Source: a bacterium (GTDB lineage: Bacteria > UBA8248). From it: a DNA stretch of 64,000 nucleotides. A program made the position numbers and the translations under genes. The notes beneath the pieces were generated by a model. It was not told the DNA's origin, did no database searches, and saw nothing but the letters and a program-made list of their open reading frames with translations. Below are positions 10,191 to 21,479 of this stretch, piece by piece. Positions within the stretch are counted from its first letter, which is position 1. Each line of letters opens with the position of its first letter. The stretch is taken from the NCBI GenBank assembly GCA_965213625.1, contig CBDBZU010000004.1, positions 1,920,001 to 1,984,000 of the forward strand, read 5' to 3'.

Positions 10191-10622
10191 GCCGGTATCT
10201 TCTTGACACCAATATCATCAGCAGTGTGACGAAACCAGTACCACCGGAGTCTCTGGCTGGCCTGGATGGCCGATCAGGATGATGAAAACCTCTTCATTTC
10301 CGCGCTCACCATCGCCGAGGTAAGACGCGGCGTGCTGGAGAAGCCTGCCGGTCGCAAACGTGATCAACTTGAAGCGTGGTTCGCTGGTCCCGAAGGTCCA
10401 TCAGCTCTTTTTGCCGGTCGTGTCCTCCCCTTCGACGAGAAGGCCGGTCTCGTCTGGGCAAGACTAATGGCGGAAGGCAAGGGGCAAGGCCGTTCCCGCA
10501 GCGCGATCGACACAATCATCGCGGCGACTGCGGAAGTTAATGAATGTATCGTCGTGACCGACAATGAAAGGGACTTCATCGGCGTCGAGACGTTCAACCC
10601 GCTTCGAAACGCGGCGCGATAA
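10187..10622 (+). pseudogene. vapC: VapC PIN toxin, frameshifted near 10255-10265
   Basis: VSRYLLDTNIIS in one frame; FISALTIAEVRRG...DTIIAATA...VVTDNERDF in another. Confidence 0.8.
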
Positions 10623-10676
10623 ACCAGCGAGTGCTCAGCGTTCAGTTCGTTATGGCGAGTTATCAAGGAGAAGAAG

Positions 10677-11121
10677 ATGTCGGAAACCCGGATAGAGTGG
10701 ACGGATGCAACCTGTAATCTCGTGGCGATGATGCGCTGTCACACTTTGCTCAGAAGACATCGGGATGAAGCTGGTCATACGCTTTTTGCGGCAGTGGGAT
10801 TGATGTATGGCCTGTTCGCTTTCCCCGCAAATGCTCGTCGGCCTGATCGTCAAAACCGAGACCAACCCCTTCTTCGTGAAGATGAAAGAATCCGCTCTCG
10901 GAAGAACCCGCGCGCTCTGCGCGACCGCCATGTGTTTTCCCGTCAGGATGGCACGCTTAGGGGTCGAGGCGGTCTTCGAGTTTGTCATCACGGGCAGGAA
11001 GCCTGAGAACACGCCCGGCCTCGATTTCCACGACACGGGCGTTGTACTGGTCACCTATGAACCGGTTCAGGGCATTCCATCCATCTCAACAGAGCGTGCT
11101 TTGAAGGATTGCTGGGGATAA
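10677..11121 (+). pseudogene. Fused fragments: phage Gp37/Gp68 (DUF5131) N-terminus plus a deleted sugar ABC substrate-binding protein (FrcB-like)
   Basis: MSETRIEWTDATCN; then LIVKTETNPFFVKMKE and GLDFHDTGVVLVT...ALKDCWG with the middle missing. Confidence 0.6.
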
Positions 11122-11216
11122 TCCTTCGGGGCAAGTAGAGTGCGCACTGCGGATGAAGCGTTGGTTTCTGGATGATCGCACAGACGCTGGCGCCATCCCC
11201 GTCCGGGCTTTCGAAC

Positions 11217-13661
11217 TCACGTGGCGGTTGCGACACCGGGCCGCTCGACCGTGTAGCCGAGGCTCTCGTAGCCCTTGACGCGCTTACCGCACATACGCCT
11301 GAGCGCCGGCACGGCGTCGTCGAGATAATCATAGACCAGCACTTCGCGCTTCTCCGGATGGAGCCTGTGCAGGCGGCCGACGTACTGGGCCAGCGTCCCC
11401 TTCCACGACACGGGCATAGCCAGAAACAGCGTGTCGAGACGGGCATCGTCGAATCCCTCTCCGATATAGCGGCCGGTCGCGACGAGTACCCGTTCCTCTC
11501 CGTCGGGAATATCTTCCAGGCGCTTCATGATCTCGCGGCGCCCTCTCGTCCCCATGCCACCTCTGAAAAGCAGGACGTTTCGCGCGAAGCGCCGGAGCCT
11601 CCAGGCAAGTTCGCCGGCGTGGTCCTTGCGCTCTGTGAGAACGAGGGGGGAGCGTCGCGCCTCAAGCGCCGCCAGCACGTCATCGATGATCAGTGCGTTG
11701 CGCTCTTCGTCACCTGCCAGCGCGGAATATACCTCCTGGATCGGCGGGCGTTCGGATTGAACGCCCGCTGGCAGCCGGAACTGCGTCGGACGCAGGATTG
11801 CCCGGTGCCGGAAAGGGTGGCGTCGCGCCTCCGCCTTCGCACTTGCCCGGTAGCGGATCGGACCGCACTGCATGAAGACGATCGGGTGATGCCCGTCCTT
11901 GCGCGTGAGGGTCGCCGAGAGCCCGAGCAAATACCTCGCCCTGGCGCGCCGTGCCACCGCTTCGAAGCTGACCGCCGAGAGGTGATGGCACTCGTCAATC
12001 ACGAGATGACCGTAGTCGGAGACGAGATCGTCCACTACGCTTTTGCGCTTCAGACTCTGGAGCATGGCGACGTCGACGATACCGCCAGGCTTGCGGACGC
12101 CGCCCCCGATTCGGCCGATGGCGGACGCGGGAAGATCGAGAAAAACCCCGAGCCGCGCGATCCATTGCTCCATCAGCTGACGCCGATGAACGAGGACGAG
12201 CGTGTTCACGCCGCGCGCGGCTATCATCGATGCCGCCACGACAGTCTTGCCGAACCCGGTCGCCGCCGAGAGCACGCCGGTCTCATGCGCGAGCAGGGAA
12301 TCAGCGGCTGATCTCTGCTCCCGGGTCAATTCGCCGAGAAATGCCGCATCGACGGGGTGGCCGGGACTTCGCTCATCACACAGTGCCAGACCGACCCCGA
12401 GTTCTTCGAGCAGTTGCCGGGTCGCCTCGAGACAGCCGCGCGGAAGCGCAACGTGGTGGGAGAGGAGCTCCGCACAGGCGATGACGCGCGGGGTGCCAAA
12501 AGTCGAACGCCGCATCGCCTGCGCCCGGTAGAACTCGGGGTTCTGGAACGCCGCCAAGCGAATGAGCCGGTTGACCAGGCCCGTGGGCAGACCGGCGCGC
12601 GGGATATAGAGCTGGTCCGCCAGGACGGCCTCGATCCGCTCCGGCAGCGTGCCTGCGATCGGAAGCGCGGGCCTTCGCCTCGAGGGCGATGCGCTCCAGG
12701 GCTCCTCGTCCTCCTCCTCGAGCGGCAGGCGCAGACCGACGACCCGGCCCCCCTCGCCGGCCGCCTCAACGATTGCCGTGGCTTCCACAGGCGTCAAGCG
12801 GCGGAGCGAGGAGAGGAACGCCCATTGGTCCTGATATGGCGTAAAATCCTCGCCCAGGAACACGCTGTTGCCGCGCTTTCTGGGACCGCCCTGTAAGGGC
12901 AGCGCAATGAGGTTCCCGAAACCGCCCTCGGGCAGGGTGTCCTGGCTGGGGAAAAGCCGGTCGTAGGACTCGAACCCGATCTCGGGATTGTTCTCCATCG
13001 CTTGGGTCAAGAGATATGAACCCAGCCGGCGGGCCAGTGGCGCGGGCACGGGTTCGGTGAAGAATATCCAGACGTGCCCGCCGTTTCCTGAACGCGAGCG
13101 CTCCAGCGCCGCCGGTACCCGCTTCGACCGGCAGGCGGCGAGGAACGCGCCCGCATCGCTCCGCCAAGTCGCCTTGTCGAAATCGATGGCCAGAAACTTG
13201 CATTTGCCATCCGTCAACATGGGGTAGACGCCGAGCGTCTCGCGGCCGCGCAGGTGAGAATCGATCGCCTCGTCCGTAACGAGGCGAAAGGCCTGGTTCG
13301 GACAGGCGCCGCACCTCACCTTTGGCTTCTCGCACAGGCGTGGCTTCCATTCGTTGTCGCATACCGGCGCGTAGCCGGCTTTTCGGGTGCGGGCGTTCTC
13401 CCAGCGTTTGGGGTAGACGTCGTCGCGACCGCGAAAGAGCGAGCGAAAAAACGCTATTTTCTCTGATGCCGGGGAGCGATCGTTCACGGCAGGCCCGCCT
13501 GGGCGAATGTCCCTCCCGGCTGTCGCCCCGGCATCGAACTCCGCCAGGCGCGCCTCGAGGGCCTCCCGTTCGGTCGCGAGAAGCGCGAGACGCTCGCGAA
13601 TCCGAGCAGCTTCTTCGACCTCGCCGGCTTCGGGAGTCAAAGGGGTCTCTGTATTATGCAT
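11217..13661 (-). CDS. AEP primase-like domain fused to an SF2 (ResIII/DEAD-type) helicase, TOTE-type
   Basis: 814 aa. N-terminus: LFRGRDDVY, AIDFD, ERSRSGNGGHVW, GNLIALPLQ. Helicase: ATGFGKT, IDECHH, LSAT, GEGFD, QYVGRLHR. Confidence 0.85.
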   Translation of the reverse strand: MHNTETPLTPEAGEVEEAARIRERLALLATEREALEARLAEFDAGATAGRDIRPGGPAVNDRSPASEKIAFFRSLFRGRDDVYPKRWENARTRKAGYAPVCDNEWKPRLCEKPKVRCGACPNQAFRLVTDEAIDSHLRGRETLGVYPMLTDGKCKFLAIDFDKATWRSDAGAFLAACRSKRVPAALERSRSGNGGHVWIFFTEPVPAPLARRLGSYLLTQAMENNPEIGFESYDRLFPSQDTLPEGGFGNLIALPLQGGPRKRGNSVFLGEDFTPYQDQWAFLSSLRRLTPVEATAIVEAAGEGGRVVGLRLPLEEEDEEPWSASPSRRRPALPIAGTLPERIEAVLADQLYIPRAGLPTGLVNRLIRLAAFQNPEFYRAQAMRRSTFGTPRVIACAELLSHHVALPRGCLEATRQLLEELGVGLALCDERSPGHPVDAAFLGELTREQRSAADSLLAHETGVLSAATGFGKTVVAASMIAARGVNTLVLVHRRQLMEQWIARLGVFLDLPASAIGRIGGGVRKPGGIVDVAMLQSLKRKSVVDDLVSDYGHLVIDECHHLSAVSFEAVARRARARYLLGLSATLTRKDGHHPIVFMQCGPIRYRASAKAEARRHPFRHRAILRPTQFRLPAGVQSERPPIQEVYSALAGDEERNALIIDDVLAALEARRSPLVLTERKDHAGELAWRLRRFARNVLLFRGGMGTRGRREIMKRLEDIPDGEERVLVATGRYIGEGFDDARLDTLFLAMPVSWKGTLAQYVGRLHRLHPEKREVLVYDYLDDAVPALRRMCGKRVKGYESLGYTVERPGVATAT

Positions 13662-14194
13662 TCAGCGTTCCCGCCATGGATTGTTCCTCAAGGAAACTCT
13701 ACCGGTCCCCAAGCCGATTCCAGACAATAAAACTGAAACTCGGATGGATGTCCACATACGCTTCACGGCGCATCCCTTATGCGATGAATCACCGGGCTCC
13801 TGAAAATCCCATCTCAGCAGGAATGCACCATATCTTACAATACAGCCAATATATCATTTCTGAAAACTCTTGGACGTGAGGGTGGCGAAGGCCGAGGTGG
13901 TTTGCACAGGCGCCCGGCTGATTCTTGTGGAAGGGAGTTGGAAGAACTGATGGAACATCACATGGACAAGAAGATGGTTCGGGAGCATATGCGCACGCGG
14001 GTTTCTTCCTCCTCCTCTGGGCGGGAGTAATCCCAGGCAGACCTCTCCCCAGATACGTATAACCACCGGACCCGAGGCCGTATCCATACATCCTGAAAAA
14101 AGCTACAATTCTACTCTCAGAAATCGGGCCGGGGAGTACGTGACGATCCCCCGACGCGGGCCCGATGGGGGACGTGCAGGAGTTGGAATCAAAT

Positions 14195-14450
14195 AGCGGG
14201 AATCATTCCCCAGGGACCGAACGCCTGCATGAGCGCGGGGATGTGAACAGGGTGGGGCCCGAGATGTCGGAGCTTGTCGCGGTTGCGCGGGCCGACCTCG
14301 ATGATGCCCGCAAGCCCTCGGACCTCGCTCTGCCCGGCTAGCGGCTTCACCCGCTGAAAGGCGATCTCAAGGGGTACCGGGGCATCTCGGTTTCTGGAAA
14401 TTGGCGAGTCACGTTTCGCCTCGTGGAAGGTGACGCTTACGACGTCGACC
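14195..14450 (+). pseudogene. HigB/killer toxin remnant
   Basis: DLALPG*RLHPLKGDLKGYRGISVSGNWRVTFRLVEGDAYDVD with an internal stop. Confidence 0.7.
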
Positions 14451-14645
14451 CGGAATTCCGGAGTGAGGTAGTCCACGCCATCCGGCGGGGCGGGAACGCC
14501 CAGGTCCACCGGCCGGAAATCGAGTCCAACCGGATTCGGTGCGTGAGGCGCCGGCTCGCTGATAATCGCGGCGCCGCCACCCACGTCGCCGCCGCAACCG
14601 GCCGCCATAAGCAGGAAACACAACAGTATAAACAACCTCAATGAT
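14450..14645 (-). pseudogene. N-terminal fragment of an unrelated lipoprotein
   Basis: LFILLCFLLMAAGCGGDVGGG lipobox-like segment; truncated at the HigB remnant. Confidence 0.4.
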
Positions 14646-15109
14646 GTAACCCTGGCGATAGATGCGCGGCGCGTGACTTTCTGTGAAGGGTCAAATCCAA
14701 GAGATACCAGGAGTGCGGAATTACATCGTCTCTTTTCGAGCGAGGAAGGGACTAGGCATTTCAGCCTTCCGAGTCTCCTCCTCCGGGTCTTTCTTGCGGA
14801 TAAGTTTGCTCGACCGCCATGAAATTCATACTCCGATCGATCATCCATATCGATGTCCTTTGTTCGGTGCTGCTTTGATTATGCCGATAACCTGGTGTCG
14901 CATAACAGGCCAGATGCGATCCCTCTGGTGAAGTGAAGATTGGAACGCAGCCCCTTTGAGTTTATTGACCACCTTTATGGTTATATACCAAATAAGGGAC
15001 CAGAATCGCCAGATCGGAGCACTATGCTACGAGGAAATTTCCACGTTCCATTGTTGTTTTCAACCTCGCGCGTCATTGCCTCTTAAATTGATGCGGTTTC
15101 CGCGCGCAA

Positions 15110-15420
15110 TGTATGCACCCAGGAGGTTCCGGGACTTGCCGGGCCTGCCTTTTCTCGGAAACCTCCACCAGGTCCGCTTTGAGAGGCTCCACCTGGTTAT
15201 CTAGGAATGGGCGCTACGTTACGGGCCCATTTACCGGATCGCCATGGGCCCGCGCCGGCAGGCGGTGGTTTCGGATCTCGGCGCCATCCGGCGTATGCTG
15301 GGCCCTCGGCTCCACGGTTTCAGACGCGCGAGCCCGCTCGGCCCCGTGGCCGAAGAGATGGACCTCCTCGGCATCTTCGCCGCTGAGGGAGAAGGCTAGC
15401 GCCGCCAGCGGCGCATCCTC
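15110..15420 (+). pseudogene. Cytochrome P450 N-terminal fragment
   Basis: LPGLPFLGNLHQV...*EWALRYGPIYRI...GIFAAEGEG*RRQRR. Confidence 0.65.
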
Positions 15421-15439
15421 TTTCTCGAATTGGAGTTCG

Positions 15440-15830
15440 AGAATCGACGCACCCCTCACCCAAAAAATCGCGTATCACCACCCCTGCCATCTGTTTCACG
15501 CGCTCAAGGTCCGCAGGGAGCCACTCGAGGTTCTCTCCGCGATCCGAAACGCCGAAATTGCACCCCTTGAGGAGAGCGACTGGTGCTGCGGCTCCGCGGG
15601 AAGCTACAACCTCACTAATACGGAGGTTTCCATGCGGCTTCTCGACAGAAAGATGGGTCACGTGAAAGACTCGGGTGCGCCCGTAGTCTGCGTGTAACCC
15701 CGGTTGCCAGATTCAGATCGCTTTTGGCGCACGTAAGCTCGACATGGACCTTCGGGTGGCGCATCCCGTCGTCCTGCTCGACGAGGCGTATGAGGCTGAA
15801 GGCGTATACCGAGGCGCGACGCTTCCATGA
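15440..15830 (+). pseudogene. (Fe-S)-binding CCG-domain protein (GlcF-like), C-terminal fragment
   Basis: AYHHPCHL, WCCGSAGSYN, NPGCQIQI and HPVVLLDEAY, with a frameshift at ~15695. Confidence 0.7.
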
Positions 15831-16204
15831 TCTGATAACCAGCGAGAAGCACAGCCCATGAGGCAACGGGGAGATTGCGATGTGTCTTGACTTCATCAAA
15901 TTCTTCCTCGATGAAGTCGAGATCATGGTCGACGCGCCTATCATGGCCACGTTAAACGAATACAGAGCGCTGTTAGCCGGCCACTCTGCGTACATCCTGC
16001 GGGTAGCCGACTGGCCCAAGCCCGGCTATCCGAGTCATCAGGGAGTGTGAATAGTTTCCCCGTCTGGGCGCATGCCTTGGGTTCAGAATTTCCATTGCGG
16101 ACTATTCCGGTCCGGCTCTGCATTTTGCGTTGTGTGCCGTGCGGGCGCAACCTAGGGTTTAAGAGGACGTGAGTACCGTAAAGCGCAGACCGAACTGGAA
16201 ACCG

Positions 16205-16957
16205 CTAGTAAATACTGAACGGGAAATACCGCTTGTTAATCTTCTCGTAAGTGCCGTCGGCGAGAATCGCTCGGAGCGCCATATTCAAATGGCGGCGCAG
16301 CGCCCTATCCTCCTTGCGTACCGCGATGCCGATGCCCTCATCGAGGCGATATCCTTTGCCCACGAAATCGAAGCGGGCGCCTTTCGGGCTCTGGAGCCAG
16401 TTCCAGAACCCGAGCCCGTCGCCGAATACCGCGTCCACCTTGTTCTCATAAAGCGCACGCAAGAGCGCTTCATGTTCCGTGAACAGCCTAACCGTGACAA
16501 CACTCGAGAAATTGTCTTCCAGCCAGTCCGAGGCAATCGTTGCGCGCGCCACGCCGATTGTCCGTCCCGCCGGAGCGGAAGGATCGAAGCCAGCGCCCTT
16601 GGGCGTCACGAACCGTACGACGTTGCTGTAGTATCTGTCGGTGAACGCGACAAGCTCCCGGCGCTTCTCGGTGATCGACATGCTGGACACGATGGCGTCG
16701 TACTTGCCGGCTTGTAAGCCGGGTATCAGATTCTCCCAGTCCTGTCGGACGAACTTGCACTCGGTTTTCAACTTAGCGCAGAGCGCCAGGGCGATATCGA
16801 TGTCGAAACCCTTGAGAGCGCCCCCATCGTCGATATAGCTGAAGGGCGGATAGCCAGCGTCGACGCCGATACGCAGATTACTTGGCGCAGCGTCGACGAA
16901 GAGAACCGGACAATGCAAAAGAAGAAAAAAGAAAAACGTCTTGGCAAATATTTTCAT
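16205..16957 (-). CDS. Amino-acid ABC transporter substrate-binding protein (ArgT/HisJ family), orphan
   Basis: Signal peptide; YPPFSY...GFDIDIA...SMSITEKR...ADGTYEKINKRYFPFSIY. Confidence 0.9.
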   Translation of the reverse strand: MKIFAKTFFFFLLLHCPVLFVDAAPSNLRIGVDAGYPPFSYIDDGGALKGFDIDIALALCAKLKTECKFVRQDWENLIPGLQAGKYDAIVSSMSITEKRRELVAFTDRYYSNVVRFVTPKGAGFDPSAPAGRTIGVARATIASDWLEDNFSSVVTVRLFTEHEALLRALYENKVDAVFGDGLGFWNWLQSPKGARFDFVGKGYRLDEGIGIAVRKEDRALRRHLNMALRAILADGTYEKINKRYFPFSIY

Positions 16958-17206
16958 GAATGTCCCTTATCCGATATCAATACAGTTTAACCCAATTCTC
17001 CCGCGAGTGGAAAGAAGCCGAAAAAGAACACCCAATCTGGAGATTGGATGTTCGCGAAAAAATAAATCAAGAGAGTAAAATACCTCACAGGTAGAATGAT
17101 GCTCACCCTGTATCACCAATACATCGGCGAACACCCCCCTGTTTCATCCCACTGGGTGACTCGGCTCCTCGACGACCATGAGCGTTTTAACGGAAACACC
17201 ACGGCC

Positions 17207-18199
17207 AACGGGTTGAAAAGAGTTTGGAACGGAAAACCTTGGTGTACTAGTGCAGCTTCTGCGTGGACTGGAAGCAGAACGTCAATAGGGTTGCGCGTTG
17301 CTCTGGCGGGCCTGTAAAAATGAAAGCGGTGCGTCCACCGAAAAACGTAGGTGCGGACGCAGGACTTGGGTCCAAAGAAAGGTGAGGGGTTTCGAGTCGC
17401 CTGTGGTCAACGCCGCGCATGGCCGTACGGCGGGCGTGTGTGCCTGGACGGCCGGGCATGGCGAGGGAAATCGGATATGGTCTGGTGGTATTAATGGTCG
17501 ATGACGATCAACTGAGGGCGAAGCTCGCCAAGGTGGAGGCGCTGTTCCGGCGGGCCGGCAGCGAGGGAGAGCGAGCGGCGGCCGAAGCCGCGCTGGAGCG
17601 GCTGAGGGGCCGTCTGGGCGCATCGGATGAGGATCACGAGCCGGAAAACGAGTTTCAGTTCTCTCTGCCGGACATGTGGTCTGTCCGGTTGTTCGTGGCG
17701 GTCTGCCGCAAGCACGGCGTACGTCCCTACCGCTATGCGCGGCAGCGGCGGACGACCGTCATGGTACGCGCCCGCCAGGAGTTCTTCGAGCAAGTGGTGT
17801 GGCCGGAATTCAATCTCCTCCACGATGAGCTCGAGAGCTACTTCGAGGACGTCACCGATCAATTGATAGAGCGCGCCCTGGGTTCGGACGGCGACGACGG
17901 CTTCCCTGCTCCGCGCTAGCAGCCCGGCGGGACGAATTCGGGCGATTCCAGCGGCTTTCGGAATGGCCTCCCTGTGCCCATCAGGAGGTCGCCGAAAAGC
18001 TCGGTCGGACAGGGGCGGCATTGCCCAGTCCTGTTTGGCAACCTTTTTTTGGACACTGCAATGGCGACCGGCTTGCCGGATCAAACCATCAGCAGGAGTC
18101 TGGACGCCGCGCGATTTGGTTTTACATCGAGCCGCCTCACAACAAAAGGGTCACACACTGCCCGTTATCATGATGGGGTAAGTGTGCATTACCGCTTCC
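17207..18199 (+). repeat. Left arm of a ~1 kb inverted duplication (partner 25686-26623)
   Basis: High similarity to the reverse complement of 25686-26623, including the paired ORFs and the flanking non-coding DNA. Confidence 0.9.
17494..17919 (+). CDS. Hypothetical protein, DUF2786-like N-terminus (copy A)
   Basis: MVDDDQLRAKLAKVEALFRRAGSEGERAAAEAALERL; an intact paralog lies at 25966-26388. Confidence 0.7.
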   Translation: MVDDDQLRAKLAKVEALFRRAGSEGERAAAEAALERLRGRLGASDEDHEPENEFQFSLPDMWSVRLFVAVCRKHGVRPYRYARQRRTTVMVRARQEFFEQVVWPEFNLLHDELESYFEDVTDQLIERALGSDGDDGFPAPR

Positions 18200-18235
18200 A
18201 TCCGCTGGCGGGTTGTCGCGTGACTTGCCTTGAGC

Positions 18236-18340
18236 TTCCGGCAGTTCCTCTTGCGCGGTCTCGACAAGGTGGAGGGTGAATGGGTTCTGGTGATGCTGGC
18301 CTACAACTGCAAACGCTTGCACAATCTGACGTTGGCGTGA
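18236..18340 (+). mobile_element. IS1182-like transposase C-terminal scar
   Basis: FRQFLLRGLDKVEGEWVLVMLAYNCKRL. Confidence 0.65.
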
Positions 18341-18519
18341 TCGGGCTGTAAACGCCTTCATACCGTGGTCTGTTGGCGGCCATAACGACCGTCATCGGGC
18401 CGGTGAGGGGCCAATCGTGACTCATGGCGCCCCGAATCGCCGGCTAAAGCGAATCGATGACCGTGAGCCCCGGGAATCGCTTCCACGTCGGCGCTTCACC
18501 CCTTCCAGCAGTAATTACC

Positions 18520-18946
18520 TGATATCAAATACATCGATTCAAAAGGTTCGGCTTCGAAACCATGGATCAAATGGTAGGATGATATGCTCCCTTGAAATAA
18601 GGGATGCGAAAACCCGCCAAGAGGTTTCTGGTGTTCTTGCGACAAGGCAGGCACGAACAAGAAAAGGCATACTCGGCACGGGAGAAAGGAAGCGAGAGCG
18701 GAAAACTCCTGCATCTACACCGCATAGCTTGACAGATGTCCACATAAGAAAGGGACCACCCTCCCTCTCTATCCCGGGTTGTTCCTGGAGAGGGGGGCAG
18801 TCCCTTTTTCTCTTGGTTCATAAGAAGAACAGGGGTTGCTCGTTGTTCCCGTTCCCGGCTCGAGGACTCAAACTCATAGCCAGGAGCGGTACAGTTTACC
18901 CATCACGAGAGAGCAACCAACGAGCAACCCCCCTATTCGTTCTCCT
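18520..18946 (-). repeat. Conserved lipoprotein trailer, copy 2 (junction element at 18832-18931)
   Basis: Near-identical to the reverse complement of the trailers at 24835-25450 and 41281-41887. Confidence 0.9.
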
Positions 18947-20869
18947 TCATTTCGCCTTCTTGATGTTCACGCCGAACCCGCCCGCGGCGGTTCCGTCCGT
19001 GAAGTTTGCGTTGAACTCGCCAGTAACAGCGCTCGGCGCCGTGTTGATGGCGGGAGTACTACCATTGCTATCATGGTCAACTTGTCCCGCTGTGCCGAAG
19101 AAAGCGCCGCTCCAAGAGCCTGCGGCCGCCGAGCTGTCACCCGTGGCAGTGCCGCTGAAGGTATTTTCGAATTGACTTCCTGCTGCCTCTTTGCCCGGGC
19201 CCATGCCTGTCCTGCCGCTGAAGTCAGTGGCATTCAGCTTCACTGCCCAGTCGTTATCAGCCGCATTTGAATTACCGCCGTCATCAGTGGGGTGCAGGGT
19301 GAAGTTCTTGACCTCTCCGCTGATGACGAACTGGTTGTTGACGCCGATGTTGCCACCGCCGAAGTTCGCGTTAAGCTCAACGTCCGCCTCGAACTGGCCG
19401 GAAGTGGACGAGAGGGTAGCGCCCTGGTTATCGGTCACGTTTTTCACGTACACGCCGGCAGCGCCGCCTTCATACGTCGCGTCGCCTGTAACTTGCCCAA
19501 TGTTCTGAGCGTCGCTTCGAGCTATTCCGTCCGCCCTGGCGAAGGTTTCGACTTCGTTGTAGACGGTGCCGTCTTTCGCCGACATCGTCCGCTTCAGCCA
19601 GAAGCCGTAGGAGAGGTAGCTGGCATCCGCTACGTCGACGGTTTCACCATCACCGGGAATGAACACCCAACCAGCGCTCATTCCGACTATCTCGCCCTTC
19701 GCGTTGAGGTTCACCGTGCAATTGACGTTTGAATTACACTTGTACGTGCCATCCGCGCCGTTGTAGGTGCCGGCGGTTTCAAATGCCGCACGCGGCTGAT
19801 TTCCATCGGTTTCTGAGTCGTTGTCCGCTATGAAATGGTTGAAATTAAGATTGGTCCCCGAGCCGGCGCCGGGTACAAAGGCAGACGACCTGACCAGCTT
19901 AAGCTCCGCTGAATCCGGTGGCGAGTTGGAGTCTGCACCAACAGATTTAGCGGTGAAGTCGTCTTCGGCATTGCCGTCGTTATCGGCGTCCATGGTGGGC
20001 GCGAGATCAACGTTCAGCATATACACGCCTTTATTGTCTCCATCGACCGCGAACGGCCTGGCTGTGGGTTCGGCGATGTCCGTGCGGACCACCACGACTT
20101 CCGATTCGGTCTCGCCGTCGTCGTTCTCTTTCATCGTGCGGACCTGCATGCTGCCATTGGCGAAACCCACGACCTCCGAGAATTGCGGATCTTCGTCCGC
20201 ATCCGGATTTGCTGTGTCAGTTACCTTGACCGTTATGCCCATACGGTTGCGGCTGACGGTGTACGAGTAAGTGCTAACAACTACCCCATCAGCAAGGGTG
20301 CCACCCACATTGGCGTCGGTCGTCTGTGCGGCTTCTGCAGCGATGGCCTTCACTTTTGTTCCGGCCGATTTCGTAACCGCCGCTGCTGCTGCTTTCGCTA
20401 CTGCCGCCGTTTCCGCCAAACCCGACGCCGTCATGGCATGGCTACGCGCCGTGGCGGCATTACCTGCTTCGGCCTGGGCCTGAGCGGCGAGCGCTTCCGC
20501 CGCTGCCGGGTCCGTCGCATTTGCAGCTGCGTCCGCCGCAGCCTTGGCCGCCATGGCGGCTGCTTCCGCAGAAGCTACAGCCGCAGCCACGGCCGCGTCG
20601 CCTTGGTGGTCCAGCATAGCCGCCGCATCAGTGTCCGCACGCGCGTTGGTTGCCGCCGTATCAGCGTTTCCTTGCGCCGTCACAATTCTTTCCTCGGAAG
20701 TCGGGGGCGGATCCACGCAGGCCCCGTCCATCATGACTTGAGGCGCCGTGCACATCACCGTATCCATAGCAGTAGTGCCACCGCCGCCGCCGCAGCCCGC
20801 CAGCACCAGCGCGAAGACGCCCGCAAGTGCAAAAGCGTAAAGCTTGCTTGATTTATCTCTGAACTTCAT
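18947..20869 (-). CDS. Surface lipoprotein paralog 2 (TbpB-like C-terminal barrel)
   Basis: 640 aa; LAGC lipobox; YLSYGFWL, ATYEGGAAGVY, GQFEADVELNANFG; C-terminal GEFNANFTDGTAAGGFG. Confidence 0.88.
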   Translation of the reverse strand: MKFRDKSSKLYAFALAGVFALVLAGCGGGGGTTAMDTVMCTAPQVMMDGACVDPPPTSEERIVTAQGNADTAATNARADTDAAAMLDHQGDAAVAAAVASAEAAAMAAKAAADAAANATDPAAAEALAAQAQAEAGNAATARSHAMTASGLAETAAVAKAAAAAVTKSAGTKVKAIAAEAAQTTDANVGGTLADGVVVSTYSYTVSRNRMGITVKVTDTANPDADEDPQFSEVVGFANGSMQVRTMKENDDGETESEVVVVRTDIAEPTARPFAVDGDNKGVYMLNVDLAPTMDADNDGNAEDDFTAKSVGADSNSPPDSAELKLVRSSAFVPGAGSGTNLNFNHFIADNDSETDGNQPRAAFETAGTYNGADGTYKCNSNVNCTVNLNAKGEIVGMSAGWVFIPGDGETVDVADASYLSYGFWLKRTMSAKDGTVYNEVETFARADGIARSDAQNIGQVTGDATYEGGAAGVYVKNVTDNQGATLSSTSGQFEADVELNANFGGGNIGVNNQFVISGEVKNFTLHPTDDGGNSNAADNDWAVKLNATDFSGRTGMGPGKEAAGSQFENTFSGTATGDSSAAAGSWSGAFFGTAGQVDHDSNGSTPAINTAPSAVTGEFNANFTDGTAAGGFGVNIKKAK

Positions 20870-21236
20870 TTAGTGAGTCCTCCTGAATACATAGAAAAAG
20901 GGATTTTCAGCGAATTTCCGACTTTTTAGGTTGAGGACTCATTTTGGGAAGCGTTGAATTCTTTTATCTAATTGATATTTAATTTATTACAATCGTTTCA
21001 TGATGGCGTGGATTCTGTGTTTCAAGGCTCGTAATCATAAAGATAGCGGATTCATTGTAAATTCTGCGAGTCCTATCGCGCCTGTGTCGGCTGGCCGCCC
21101 GTCGCGACGAAGCGGGCTTCACCGCCAATGAGATGCGGATGATTTTGTTGACCTATCAAAAAAATTGATCTTGCAGAACCGTTCATGCACCCAATGCCCC
21201 CGGATATTCTTCCGAATTGAATGGCGCCGTCAGCCT
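20870..21236 (-). repeat. Conserved lipoprotein leader, copy 2
   Basis: Inverted homolog of 22355-22717. Confidence 0.9.
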
Positions 21237-21479
21237 GTCGCCGCCGTCACGGCATGAGTGAACGAACGCCGGGGGAGTGTCGGCAAATGAGATTTTCGCG
21301 AGGGGCAGAAAACACAATCCGGCATGCGGGGTTCATGCCGCGCAAGGATTCGACAGGAACATGTTCAGGAGGCATTTTGGGGATGTATGCGCTCCAAACG
21401 TAGTGCGCCCAATGCAAGGAAAAGAAATTATTAAGCCCGATTGGAGACCAATCAGCGTGACAAACTTCACAAAAGGCCA

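Noticed and set aside
14189-14848. 219-aa minus-strand ORF
   Set aside because: A chimera of a lipoprotein start and the antisense of a HigB remnant, not a coherent gene.
18417-19270. Recurrent ORFs in the trailer (e.g. ...KDVHIRKG..., MWTSFKLFGVD...)
   Set aside because: Frames and lengths are not preserved among the four copies (indels, stops); the conservation pattern fits structure, not protein.
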